A stretch of DNA of 64,000 nucleotides. It comes from an uncultured delta proteobacterium. GTDB lineage: Bacteria; Desulfobacterota; Binatia; JACPRU01. Shown in pieces: positions 39,494 through 49,349 of the stretch; the stretch's first letter is position 1, and the number at the start of each line of letters is the position of its first letter. Made by a program: the position numbers and the translations under genes. Location of the stretch: NCBI GenBank assembly GCA_963745025.1, contig CAVUWD010000020.1, forward strand, positions 160,001-224,000, read 5' to 3'. Under the pieces are notes generated by a model, which did not search any database, was not told the origin of the DNA, and saw only the letters and a list, made by a program, of their open reading frames with translations.

Positions 39494-39521
39494 GCGCATT
39501 CGAGCGCCTCGGATTCCGAAA

Positions 39522-41567
39522 GTGAATCTGCTGGTGATCCTCTCCTACTATCACCCGCACTGGACGGGGCTCACCGCGCACGCGCAGCGGGTGGCCGAGG
39601 GCATGGCGGCCCGCGGCCACCGGGTGACGGTGCTCGCGCTGCAACACGAGCCTTCGCTCCGCCCGGAAGAGACGGTGAACGGCGTGCGCATCGTTCGCGT
39701 GAAGCCGATTGCGCGCGTCAGCCGGGGCATGATCGCCCCGATGTTTCCCGCCGCCGCCGTGCGCTTGATCGCCGCACACGACGTCGTCCAAATCCACACC
39801 CCGCTCCTGGAGTCGCTGCTGGTCGCGCTTCTCTGTCGGCGCGCCCGCCGACCGCTCGTGCTCACGCATCACGGCGATCTCGTGATGCCCGCAGGCGCCG
39901 GGAATCGAATCATCGAGCGCATGGTCTCGGCGTTCATGAGCCAGGCGGCGCGACTCGCCGATCGGGTCACCGCCTATAGCCGCGATTACGCGGAGAACTC
40001 CGACTTTCTCTCCGCCCTCTATCCGAAGCTGTCGTACATCTATCCGCCGGTCGACATTCCGGAGCCGGATCGAGATGCGGCCGCGCGCTGGCGCCGCGAG
40101 CTCGGCCTCGAGGGCAAGAGACTGGTGGGCTTCGCCGGCAGGTTCGTCGAAGAGAAGGGCTTCGACTATCTACTGCGCTCGATCCCTCGCCTGGTTGCCG
40201 CCGAGCCGGCGGCGCACCTCGTCTACGCCGGCGAGCACCGCGTCGTTTACGAGCGGTTCTACGACCGCTGCCGTCCGCTGCTGGACGCCCATGCCGATCG
40301 CGTTTCCCTCCTCGGCCTGGTGCGCGATCGCGATCGACTGGCGAGCTTTTACGCGATGTGCGACGCCTTCGCGCTGCCCAGCCGAACCGACTGCTTGGGC
40401 CTTGTTCAGATCGAGGCCATGCTCTGCGGAACGCCGGTCGTCGCACCGGACATCCCCGGGGCCCGCGAGCCGGTCCGGCTCACCGGCATGGGCCAGCTCG
40501 TCGCGCCGCACGATCCCGAAGCCCTCGCCGACGGTCTGATCGCGGTCTTGGGTGAGCCGTTGCGATACAGACGAAATCCGCAGGAGATCCGCGCGCGCTT
40601 CTCGATCGAGCGAACGCTCGACGAGTACGAAAGCTTGTTCAGGGGTGCGATGGGACGCCAGCGCGACTCGCCGGCTGCATCGCCCCGGCCGCCGTCGAAC
40701 GGAAGCCCGCCCTCGCTTGCCGAAGCCGACGACCGTGTCGTCGATCGCCAATTGCGGAACGAAGTGGACATGGCGTTTCGGCGCCGGGCCCGCATGCTCC
40801 TCGAGTACCTCGATCCGGCCGACGGTGAACGCATCTTCGACTGCGGCTGTGGTATGGGGTTCTATCTCATGGCGATGGCCAAGCTTCGCCGCTTGCGGCT
40901 CGTCGGTCTGGACGAGAGCCGGGAGCGGCTGCGTTGGGCGTCGCGTGCAGCGGCTCCCGCCGCCCTCGTTCAGGGGGACATCGAGTGCCTGCCGCTGCGC
41001 TCGGCATCGGTTGCAAAGGTGCTGATGTCCGAAGTGCTCGAGCATCTGCGCGACGACCGCGCGGCTCTGCTAGAGGTGCATCGCATCCTCGAGCCGGGCG
41101 GGGTGGTGGCGATCTCGGTGCCGCACGCCAACTATCCGCTGCTCTGGGATCCGCTCGGCCGCCTGTGGGCCGGTCTCGGCGGGAGGCCCATTCGCCGCGG
41201 CCCGCTGGTCGGGATCTGGACGGGCCACCGTCGCCTCTACTGGCCCGACGATCTCGCGCGAAGAGTCACCGAAGCCGGGTTCGCCATCGAGCAGCTCGAA
41301 GAGGCGACTCATTACTCGTTTCCGCTCGAGCATTTTCTCGTCTACGGCGTCGGCAAGCCGCTCTTCGAGCGCGGGCTCTTGCCGGGCCCGCTCCGGCGCA
41401 GCGCGGATCGCTTCGCTGGTGAGCGTAACTCGGGTAGCCGCCTCGACCCGCTCAACTGGGTGCGCGCGGTATTTCGCCGGATCGACCGGTTGAATGAGCG
41501 GCCCGAGACGGCTCGCAGCCGAACCTTCGTCAACGTCCTCGTCAAGGCGCGAAAGCCCTTGCCCTGA
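39522..41567 (+). CDS. GT4 glycosyltransferase fused to a class I SAM methyltransferase
   Basis: YY.PH..GLT, GR...EKG, LPSRTDCLGLVQIEAM; after a Pro-rich linker, FDCGCGMG, SEVLEHL.DD, ISVP. Confidence 0.85.
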   Translation: MNLLVILSYYHPHWTGLTAHAQRVAEGMAARGHRVTVLALQHEPSLRPEETVNGVRIVRVKPIARVSRGMIAPMFPAAAVRLIAAHDVVQIHTPLLESLLVALLCRRARRPLVLTHHGDLVMPAGAGNRIIERMVSAFMSQAARLADRVTAYSRDYAENSDFLSALYPKLSYIYPPVDIPEPDRDAAARWRRELGLEGKRLVGFAGRFVEEKGFDYLLRSIPRLVAAEPAAHLVYAGEHRVVYERFYDRCRPLLDAHADRVSLLGLVRDRDRLASFYAMCDAFALPSRTDCLGLVQIEAMLCGTPVVAPDIPGAREPVRLTGMGQLVAPHDPEALADGLIAVLGEPLRYRRNPQEIRARFSIERTLDEYESLFRGAMGRQRDSPAASPRPPSNGSPPSLAEADDRVVDRQLRNEVDMAFRRRARMLLEYLDPADGERIFDCGCGMGFYLMAMAKLRRLRLVGLDESRERLRWASRAAAPAALVQGDIECLPLRSASVAKVLMSEVLEHLRDDRAALLEVHRILEPGGVVAISVPHANYPLLWDPLGRLWAGLGGRPIRRGPLVGIWTGHRRLYWPDDLARRVTEAGFAIEQLEEATHYSFPLEHFLVYGVGKPLFERGLLPGPLRRSADRFAGERNSGSRLDPLNWVRAVFRRIDRLNERPETARSRTFVNVLVKARKPLP

Positions 41568-41577
41568 CCGCCTGCCG

Positions 41578-43459
41578 ATGACCGCGAGCACCCCGACCGA
41601 TCGGTCGCTAATCTGGGTCGCCGCAATTCTGGTGCTTGCCGCCTGGCTCCGGCTCCAGGGGCTCGACTGGGACGAGGGGCAGCATCTCCACCCAGACGAG
41701 CGGTTCCTCACCATGGTCGAGGCAGCGATCAAGTCGCCGCATTCGCTCGCCGAGTATTTCGACACCGGTCGCTCGCCGCTCAATCCGGGCAACCAGAGCT
41801 ACAAGTCCTTCGCCTTCAAGTTCTTCGTCTACGGAACGCTGCCGCTGTTCGTCGTCCGATGGCTCGGCGAGTGGCTCGGCCAGGTGGATTACGCTCACAT
41901 CCACCTCGTCGGACGCGTGCTCTCGGCGCTTTACGATCTCGGCACCGTGTTGCTGACCGGGTGGCTGGGAACGAGGCTCGCCGGCCGTCGCGTCGGACTC
42001 TTCGCCTGCGCGCTCGTCGCGTTCAGCGTGACGTCCATTCAGAATGCGCACTTCTTCACGGTTGACAGCGCCGCTGCGTTCTTCGCGACGGCGGCTCTCT
42101 GCGCGCTCGTCGCGCTCGCCGACACGGCCTCGCTCCGCGCGCAGTTCCTCTTCGGGGCGATGTTCGGGGCGACTCTCGGCTGTCGGATCAATCTGGCGTT
42201 GCTGGGCGTCGTCTATCCGCTCGCGTGGTTGTGTGCCTGGCAGACCCGGCGTGCCGGCTTCGCCCGGCTCGCCGGTGGGGCGATTGCGGCTGGGCTCACC
42301 GCAGCCTTGGTGTTTCGCGTCGCCCAGCCGTACGCCTTTGCCGGACCCGGGTTCTTCGACGTCGCGCCCGCGAGCAACTTCGTGTGGAGCATGCGGGAGA
42401 TCCAAATCCTCGCCACCGGCGCTACCGACTATCCGCCGGCGGTCCAATGGATCGGCCGAACGCCGATTGTCTTCCCAGGCAAGAATTTGCTGCTCTGGGG
42501 AATCGGTCCGGCGTGGGGGATCGCCGCGGTCGGCGGGGTGCTCTGGTGGCTGCTTCGCAGGGAAAGCCTCCGCGGCGACATCGCGCTCCTCTGGGCGGCG
42601 GTGCTCTTCGGCTATCACGCGGCGCAGTTCACGGCGACGGGGCGATACTTCCTGCCGATCGTCCCCGTGCTCGCGGTGTTCGCGGCGTGGCCGCTCGCCG
42701 CCGAATCTGGCCGCCTCAGGACCGCCCTCGCGTGGCTGTTGGTGGCGCTGACCGCTCTCTGGGCGATCGCGTTCACGGCGATCTACCGACGGGAAGCGAC
42801 CCGCGTCGAGGCGTCGCGTTGGATCTACCGAAACGTCCCGGCCGGATCGGCGATCGCCACCGAGCATTGGGACGACGGCTTGCCGCTCGCGCTTTCGGAC
42901 GTCGCTGCCGGTTCGTTACGGCTCGATCGTGCTACGGCTCTACGACGACGACACCGAGAGCAAGCGTCGCGAGCTCGTCGATCAGCTAGCCTCGGCGGAC
43001 TACATCGCGATCTCGAGCAACCGTCTCTATCGCTCGATCCCGCGCACCCCTTGGCGGTATCCGCTGACGCGCCGCTACTACGAGCTGCTCTTCTCCGGTG
43101 AGCTCGGCTTTCGCCTCGAACGGTCGTTCACGTCCTATCCACGTCTCGGGCCGCTGGAGATCGCCGACGACGACGCCGAGGAAGCCTTCACCGTGTACGA
43201 TCATCCCCACGTGCTACTCTTCAAGAAGACCGAAGCGTTCTCGCGCAAGCGCGTGGAGGAGCTGCTCGGCGCCGTCCGGCTCGGGACCATCCACGTGACG
43301 CCGCGCAGGGCTTCGGAGCTCTATCGGCGGATGCGCCCTACCGACATTCCGCTTCCGGAGTCCGATGCGGTGAGAACGGCCGTTCCTGTTAAGGACGGGA
43401 GCTCACTCAGCGCGCTCGTCCGCTGGCTGCTGGCGGCGAGTTGTCGCCGGTGCCGATGA
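41578..43459 (+). CDS. PMT/ArnT-like GT-C membrane glycosyltransferase; frameshift at ~42916 and apparently truncated 3' end
   Basis: WDEGQHLHPDERF, FVYGTLP, AHFFTVD, RYFLP, EHWDD, YY..LF.G.LGF, EEAFTVYDHP.V. Confidence 0.82.
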
Positions 43460-43502
43460 ACATGGGTTTGGGGACCGTAGCGGCGGTCAACGACGCAGGC
43501 AG

Positions 43503-45617
43503 TCACTCGCGAGCGTTCGTGTCGCGGACGGCGAAGACTTCGGTCGTGCCGAAGTGATAGACCGCTTCGAAGATCTCGGGGTGCAGACGAAACTTGTCGA
43601 GTGAAGCGGGCGCGAAGCGCTCGCGCTCGAGATCGCCGATGAAGACGTAGGCGATTCGATAGCGTGCGAGCAACGGACGAATCGCGTCAACGTCGGTCTC
43701 GCTGTAGATTCGATCCACGTCGCGCTTGCGCTCCGTGATCCGCGGATCGTTGCCGCGCCACACGTTCTCGTGGTTGCCCCAGCCGAGGACGGTCGGCAGC
43801 CCCGTGTTCGACGAGGCTCGGGCGTAGTACGAATACGGATCGCCGGACGCTTCGAGAACGACCGGCTGGTCGCGGGCGGTGCTTGCCAGCCAACGAATGG
43901 CCGCGGCGTCCGACGGGTGATCGCGGTCGAGATAGGCGAGGCCGTCGAGGGAGGGCGCGCGGGCTCCCCACCGCAGATGAATCGCCGCCATCGGATAGCA
44001 GAGCGATGCGGTGAGCCCGATCAGCAGAACGAGGATCGTGGCGGTGCGCATCCAGCGGCCGGGGCGGTCGAGCAGGTCGACGACGAACGCCGGGAAGGCG
44101 AGCGCGAGAAGCACCCACGCCTGGAAGTAGAGCTTGAACACCGTGTTCATGCGGTGGAGCTCGCCGCCGTATGGATCGCGCAGGAACACGACTTCGCAGG
44201 CGCCGAGAGCGGTGGCCGCGGTCGCGAGCAGCGCGACCGCCAGCGCGATCGGCGTCTGGCGAATCGGACCGAGCAGCGTGAGCAGGCAGACGATCAGCAG
44301 AGCCGCCATGAAGATCAGCACCGCGCTCTGCGTGGCGACGTAGAGCGCCACCACGCTGAAGCCTGCGCAGGCGAAGACGAGATCGCGAACGGGCGGGTCG
44401 TCGGCGAGCTCCGCGACGCTCTCGCGTCCGAGGCGGGCGACGGCCGGCAAGAGCAAGAACCCGAAAACGGTGAGGAAGGGTCCGACCGCCGTGCGCGCGT
44501 GAACCCGGCCGACGCCGTGATACTGAGCCTGGAACCTCAGGGTGAACGGCAGGGAGAGAAGCGTCATCCCGACGGCGAGCGCGACGACGAGGGCGACGGC
44601 GGTCAGCACCGCGCGGAAGGGGTGGCTCGCGTCCCAGAGCCGGTGCAGCGAGAGACATCCGATCAGCGTGAAATAGACGGGAACGTCCCAGGGGTTCGTG
44701 AGCGCCAGCGCGGCGAGCAGCAAGGTCAGGAGGCCGAGGTTCGGTAGGTTCGAGCGCAGCGGGCGCCCCTCGCTCGCCGCCAAGGATGTCGCCAGCGCAA
44801 CGCCGATCAAGCTCACGTTGATGATCAAGGCGATCACGTGCGGGTGGAGGTCACCGTGATACAGGCTGAAGAAGGGGAACTCGTTGATCGTGTTCGGGAC
44901 GACGCGGCTCGGGCGCCAGTAGTCGAACGCGGAGAGAGCCTTCCGCTCGATCAGCAATTGGCGCGCGGCGTCGAGGTTGCCGATGAAGACCAGCGCGACG
45001 CCTCCGAGAGCCCCGCCCCAGACACGTCGCGAGATGCACGCGCCGATCGAGGCCGCGCCGGCGAAGATCACCGCGCCAACGGTGGCGAGCGAGAGATTGT
45101 AGGCGACGGCCGGAGCGATGCCCGTCACTCGCGCGAGGTTGGCGAGCGACAGATAGCCGAAATAGTAGTAGTTGATCGGCACGCCGCTCATCCACGGATC
45201 CTGCGGAGGCAGGTGATCGGTTCGAATCAACGTGTTGAAGAAGGCGAAGTCCATGTACTTCTCGGCGCCGAACACGTCCGGCTGGAGCGAGCGAACGCCC
45301 GCGAACAGCGAGAGCACGGCCAAGAAGATCGCCTCGTCACGCAGCCATGGCCATCGCCATTCACCCGCGAACCGCCTCCAGGCGACGACGCCGATCACCG
45401 CGAGCGCGAGCGCGGCGATGGCGAGCGCGGTGCGGTACGAAACTCCGGCGCTCGCGAGCAGCCACGAGGCGTAGGTGAGCGCGATCAGCGCGAGCGGCTT
45501 GGCGAATGCGCGACCTCGGTCGGGGAAGCTCGCCGGAAAGATCCGGTACGCGACGGGTAGAAATCCCAGTCCGAGGACCGCCAGCAGAGCCCACCAAAGA
45601 AGCAGGTCGAGAATCAC
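43503..45617 (-). CDS. DUF2298 / TIGR03662 Chlor_Arch_YYY membrane protein
   Basis: EK.MD, PPQDPW.SG..INYYYFG, INEFP.FS...GDLHPH, RMNTVFKLY.Q, TGLPTVLGW..HE..WR; AGGAG RBS before GTG. Confidence 0.92.
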   Translation of the reverse strand: MILDLLLWWALLAVLGLGFLPVAYRIFPASFPDRGRAFAKPLALIALTYASWLLASAGVSYRTALAIAALALAVIGVVAWRRFAGEWRWPWLRDEAIFLAVLSLFAGVRSLQPDVFGAEKYMDFAFFNTLIRTDHLPPQDPWMSGVPINYYYFGYLSLANLARVTGIAPAVAYNLSLATVGAVIFAGAASIGACISRRVWGGALGGVALVFIGNLDAARQLLIERKALSAFDYWRPSRVVPNTINEFPFFSLYHGDLHPHVIALIINVSLIGVALATSLAASEGRPLRSNLPNLGLLTLLLAALALTNPWDVPVYFTLIGCLSLHRLWDASHPFRAVLTAVALVVALAVGMTLLSLPFTLRFQAQYHGVGRVHARTAVGPFLTVFGFLLLPAVARLGRESVAELADDPPVRDLVFACAGFSVVALYVATQSAVLIFMAALLIVCLLTLLGPIRQTPIALAVALLATAATALGACEVVFLRDPYGGELHRMNTVFKLYFQAWVLLALAFPAFVVDLLDRPGRWMRTATILVLLIGLTASLCYPMAAIHLRWGARAPSLDGLAYLDRDHPSDAAAIRWLASTARDQPVVLEASGDPYSYYARASSNTGLPTVLGWGNHENVWRGNDPRITERKRDVDRIYSETDVDAIRPLLARYRIAYVFIGDLERERFAPASLDKFRLHPEIFEAVYHFGTTEVFAVRDTNARE

Positions 45618-45703
45618 GTGCGGAGCACTCCTAGTGTTCGCGGAGTCGATTTGCAACGCGCGGCACCTCGAACTGCGCCGTCCGGACTGCTAAGTCTTGG
45701 AGC

Positions 45704-47065
45704 GTGACCGCTCCAGGCTCCTCCCCGCCGAACGTCGCCGTGATCGGGGGCGGTTTTGCGGGGTTGGCGGCCGCGTACTGCCTCGCCCGCGCCGGGATCT
45801 GCGTATCGCTCTTCGAGCGCAGCGCGCAGCTCGGCGGCCTCGCCATGGCGTTCCCTCTCGCGGACACCGAGATCGAGAAATACTATCATCATTGGTTTAC
45901 CTCGGATCGCGACGTTCTCGAGGTTATCGGCGAGCTCGGGCTCGAGAATCGACTGCACTGGATCTCGCCGGTGATGGGCATGTTTTGTCGCGGCCAGATC
46001 TACCGCTTCACCTCGCCGATGGATCTCCTGCGCTTTCGCCCGTTCAGCTTGACGGCCAAGGTGCGCTTCGGGGTCGTGACGCTGTTCCTGCAGCGCTACC
46101 CGCGGAAGGAGCCGTTCGAAGGAGTGACCGCTGCGAGCTGGCTCCGGCGCTACGCCGGCCGCGAGGTCTACGACACCGTCTGGGGGCCGCTCCTCCGCGC
46201 CAAATTCGGCCGCAATGCGGAGTCGATCTCGATGGCGTGGATCTGGTCGAAGATGCGCTTGCGGGGTACGTCGCGGACGCAAGGCGGCAACAAGGAGAGC
46301 CTCGGCTACCTCGATGGCGGCTTCGGAGTCGTTGCGCGCGCTCTCGGGGAAGCCATCGTCCGAGGCGGCGGCGCCGTGAACGTCAGCGAGCCCGTGCTGC
46401 GGCTCTCCGCTCTGCCGCCCGAGCGCCACCCCGCGGAGCGATTCGAAATCACGACGTCACGCCGCGCGCAGCGCTTCGCGGCGGTGATCTCCACGGTCGC
46501 ACCGCCGCTCCTCGCCCGTCTCGCTCCGGATCTCCCTGCCGATTATCGGCGGCGCCTCGAGGCATTCGAGCATTCCGCGATCCTCTGCACGATGCTCTTG
46601 CTGCGGCATCAGCTCTCGCCGATCTACTGGATGAACATCAGCGATCGCGCGATTCCCTTCGGAGGACTGATCGAGCACACGAACTTCATCCCACGCGAGC
46701 GCTACGGCGGCCAGCGGATCCTCTACATCTCGCACTATTGCTATGCCGACGAGCCCGTCTATCGATTCGAATCGCAGGAGCTCTTTGCGCATTATCGTCC
46801 CGGCCTCGAGCGCGTGCGTCCGGGATTCGACGAGACCTGGGTGGAGCGGCAGATGCAGTTTCGCGACGACCATGCACAGCCGATCGTCGACGTCGACTAC
46901 CAACGGCGATTGCTGCCCGTGGCGGGCCCGTTGCCGGGCCTCTACGCCGCCACCATGTCGCAGGTCTATCCGGAGGATCGGGGCACGAACTACGCCGTGC
47001 GCGTCGGGACGCAGGCCGCGAGAGCGCTCGTCCGAGACCATCTTGTCTCTCCTCCGGGATCGTGA
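45704..47065 (+). CDS. FAD-dependent oxidoreductase (amine oxidase/PRK07233-like)
   Basis: IGGGFAGL.AA, LGGLA, EKYYHH.F..D, PLL..KFG, IEHTNF, QVYPEDRG.NY. Confidence 0.88.
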   Translation: MTAPGSSPPNVAVIGGGFAGLAAAYCLARAGICVSLFERSAQLGGLAMAFPLADTEIEKYYHHWFTSDRDVLEVIGELGLENRLHWISPVMGMFCRGQIYRFTSPMDLLRFRPFSLTAKVRFGVVTLFLQRYPRKEPFEGVTAASWLRRYAGREVYDTVWGPLLRAKFGRNAESISMAWIWSKMRLRGTSRTQGGNKESLGYLDGGFGVVARALGEAIVRGGGAVNVSEPVLRLSALPPERHPAERFEITTSRRAQRFAAVISTVAPPLLARLAPDLPADYRRRLEAFEHSAILCTMLLLRHQLSPIYWMNISDRAIPFGGLIEHTNFIPRERYGGQRILYISHYCYADEPVYRFESQELFAHYRPGLERVRPGFDETWVERQMQFRDDHAQPIVDVDYQRRLLPVAGPLPGLYAATMSQVYPEDRGTNYAVRVGTQAARALVRDHLVSPPGS

Positions 47066-47084
47066 GATTCATTCGTGTTCGACA

Positions 47085-48026
47085 GTGGCCGCGGCGATCG
47101 AAATCTCGGAGCTTCGTCACCGCTACGGGGAGCGCGAGGCGCTCCGCGGGGTCAGCCTGACGATCGAGCGGGGTGAGATCTTCGCGCTGCTCGGTCCGAA
47201 CGGCGGCGGCAAGACGACGCTCTTCAAGATCCTTTCCACGCTGATGCGTGCGGGGGAGGGGGGCGTGCGGGTGCTCGGTCACGATCTGAGCCGCGAGGCC
47301 GAGCGCGTGCGGCCGCGTATCGGAGTGGTGTTTCAGAATCCCGGTTTGGATCCGAAGCTGACCGTGGCGGAGAACCTCGTGCATCACGGACATTTGTATG
47401 GTCTGGGAGGCGCCGCGCTGCGCGAGCGCGTGAAGGCCATGCTCGCCGACCTGGACCTCGCGGACCGGGCCGACGATCTCGTGGAGACGCTCTCCGGAGG
47501 CCTCGCGCGACGAACGGAGCTGGCGCGTGGATTGCTCCACGCGCCGGAGCTGCTGTTGCTCGACGAGCCGAGCACCGGTCTCGATCCGGGGGCACGCCGC
47601 GATTTCGCGCAGCACCTGCGAGCCTTGCGTGACCGTGACGGCGTGACCGTCGTGCTGACCACTCATTACATGGAGGAGGCCGAGCGCGCCGATCGGGTCG
47701 CCGTGCTGCACGAGGGTTCCCTGGTGGCGCTGGGTACGCCGGACGAGCTCAAGCGCAGCGTCGGCGGTGACGTCGTCGTGATCGAAGCCGTGTCGCCGCA
47801 GGATCTGCGCGACAAGGTCCGGGCGCGATTCGGCCTCGACGCGCAGCTCGTCGACGGCACGCTGCGGGTGGAGAGATCCCGCGGTCACGAGTTCGTGCGC
47901 GACGTCGTCGAGGCGTTTCCCGGCGAGGTTCGATCCGTTACGTTCGGGCGGCCGACGCTCGAAGACGTGTTCGTCCATGTCACCGGTCGGCGCTTCTCGG
48001 AGGCCAACGGGGGACCGCAGTCGTGA
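47085..48026 (+). CDS. ABC transporter ATP-binding protein (DrrA-like)
   Basis: GPNGGGKTT, LSGG, LLLDEP, TTHYMEEAE, PTLEDVF. Confidence 0.93.
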   Translation: MAAAIEISELRHRYGEREALRGVSLTIERGEIFALLGPNGGGKTTLFKILSTLMRAGEGGVRVLGHDLSREAERVRPRIGVVFQNPGLDPKLTVAENLVHHGHLYGLGGAALRERVKAMLADLDLADRADDLVETLSGGLARRTELARGLLHAPELLLLDEPSTGLDPGARRDFAQHLRALRDRDGVTVVLTTHYMEEAERADRVAVLHEGSLVALGTPDELKRSVGGDVVVIEAVSPQDLRDKVRARFGLDAQLVDGTLRVERSRGHEFVRDVVEAFPGEVRSVTFGRPTLEDVFVHVTGRRFSEANGGPQS

Positions 48027-48805
48027 CCCGCTATTGGCGTCCGGTCATGACCCTCTGGTGGCGCGAAGTCATTCGCTTCGTGCGCCAGCGGAGCCGGCTC
48101 TTCGGCTCATTTGCGCAGCCGTTGGTCTTCTGGATGCTGCTCGGCGGCGGAATGAACGCGTCATTTCAACCCGCGGCAGGCGCCGGAGGCACGAGCTACG
48201 TCGAGTACTTCTATCCTGGCGTCATGGTCATGGTGTTGCTGTTCACCGCGATCTTCGCGACCATCTCGACGGTCGAGGATCGCCGCGTAGGATTCCTGCA
48301 GGGGGTGCTCGTGGCCCCGGTCTCGCGCGCGCAAATCGTGCTGGGCCAGGCGCTCGGCGGCGCCACGCTCGCGCTCGTGCAAGGCGCGCTCTTTCTCGTC
48401 CTGGCCCCATTCGCCGGAATCCACCTCGGCGTCGGCGCCGTCGTCGGAGCGGTTTTCGTGATGTTCTTGGTTTCGTTCGCGCTCACCAGCCTCGGGTTGG
48501 TGATCGCTTGGAAGATGGAGTCCACGCAGGGATTTCACGCGGTCATGAATCTGATCCTGATGCCGATCTGGTTCCTCTCCGGCGCCGTATTTCCGGTCTC
48601 CGGAGTACCGCGTGTGCTGGGCTGGGTGATGCGGGCGAATCCGCTCACGTACGGCATGGCGGCGCTTCGCCGTGCACTGTATTCGGGCAATCCAGCGGCG
48701 GTGAGCGCGCTGCCCGGGTTGGTTTTGTCGCTCGCGGTCACCGCGGCATTCGCCGCGCTCTCCTTCTTGGCTGCCGCCGCGATTGCGCGGCGCGCTGCCG
48801 CGTAG
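48023..48805 (+). CDS. ABC-2 type permease
   Basis: six hydrophobic segments, EDR..GFL..VLVAP, FLSGA.FP, NPLTY. Confidence 0.92.
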   Translation: MTRYWRPVMTLWWREVIRFVRQRSRLFGSFAQPLVFWMLLGGGMNASFQPAAGAGGTSYVEYFYPGVMVMVLLFTAIFATISTVEDRRVGFLQGVLVAPVSRAQIVLGQALGGATLALVQGALFLVLAPFAGIHLGVGAVVGAVFVMFLVSFALTSLGLVIAWKMESTQGFHAVMNLILMPIWFLSGAVFPVSGVPRVLGWVMRANPLTYGMAALRRALYSGNPAAVSALPGLVLSLAVTAAFAALSFLAAAAIARRAAA

Positions 48806-48908
48806 CGGGGACCTTCTTCACTGGTCGCCCTTCCCGTGACGCGCCGTTCCGCGACGAACAGGAAGGGACCTATGCCAGTGAGGACGGTCCCGCTCCGCGG
48901 GCCGTCCG

Positions 48909-49349
48909 TCAGGCCGCGATCTTCTGGTAACCGTCGCCGACCTTGCGAACCCGCTTCGCTCGGCTCCACTGCGCAAGACTGATGCCGGCACGTTGACCCG
49001 CAAGCTTTCTCACGTCTTCCAACGTGAAGGTCTTGCCGAGCTTCTGGAAATACTTCTCGGCCTGGGGAGTGCCTCGACGCCGCGTTCTCGCGCGCGCGCG
49101 CGTGGGTTTGCCGGGCCGGCCAGCCTTGCGCGGCCGCCCGGGCCCGCGGCGCTTGCGGACCGGCGCCGCGCCGAAGAGCTCGGATTTGAAGATCCGCTCC
49201 TCGCTGACCAGCTTGGCTAACCTCGCGGTCGTCAGGCGGATTTCGCTCCGGAGAGAATCGAGAGCGCTCTTCGCCGCAGCGCGAGCCTGCCGCACGATTG
49301 TCAGCGCGCCGCCGGTCGCCCGTCTCTGTCTTCGTTGCTTTCTAGGCAT
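48909..49349 (-). CDS. basic hypothetical protein, probably DNA-binding (coiled coil + AT-hook-like motifs + small C-terminal domain)
   Basis: AGAGGAG RBS; heptad-like LDSLRSEIRLTTARLAKLVSEE; KRRGPGRPRK and GRPGK. Confidence 0.75.
   Translation of the reverse strand: MPRKQRRQRRATGGALTIVRQARAAAKSALDSLRSEIRLTTARLAKLVSEERIFKSELFGAAPVRKRRGPGRPRKAGRPGKPTRARARTRRRGTPQAEKYFQKLGKTFTLEDVRKLAGQRAGISLAQWSRAKRVRKVGDGYQKIAA

Noticed and set aside
47085-48805. ABC-2 pair as the glycan exporter (Wzm/Wzt) of the GT-C locus
   Set aside because: The sequences are DrrAB-like rather than Wzm/Wzt; adjacency alone is insufficient, though a link is not excluded.
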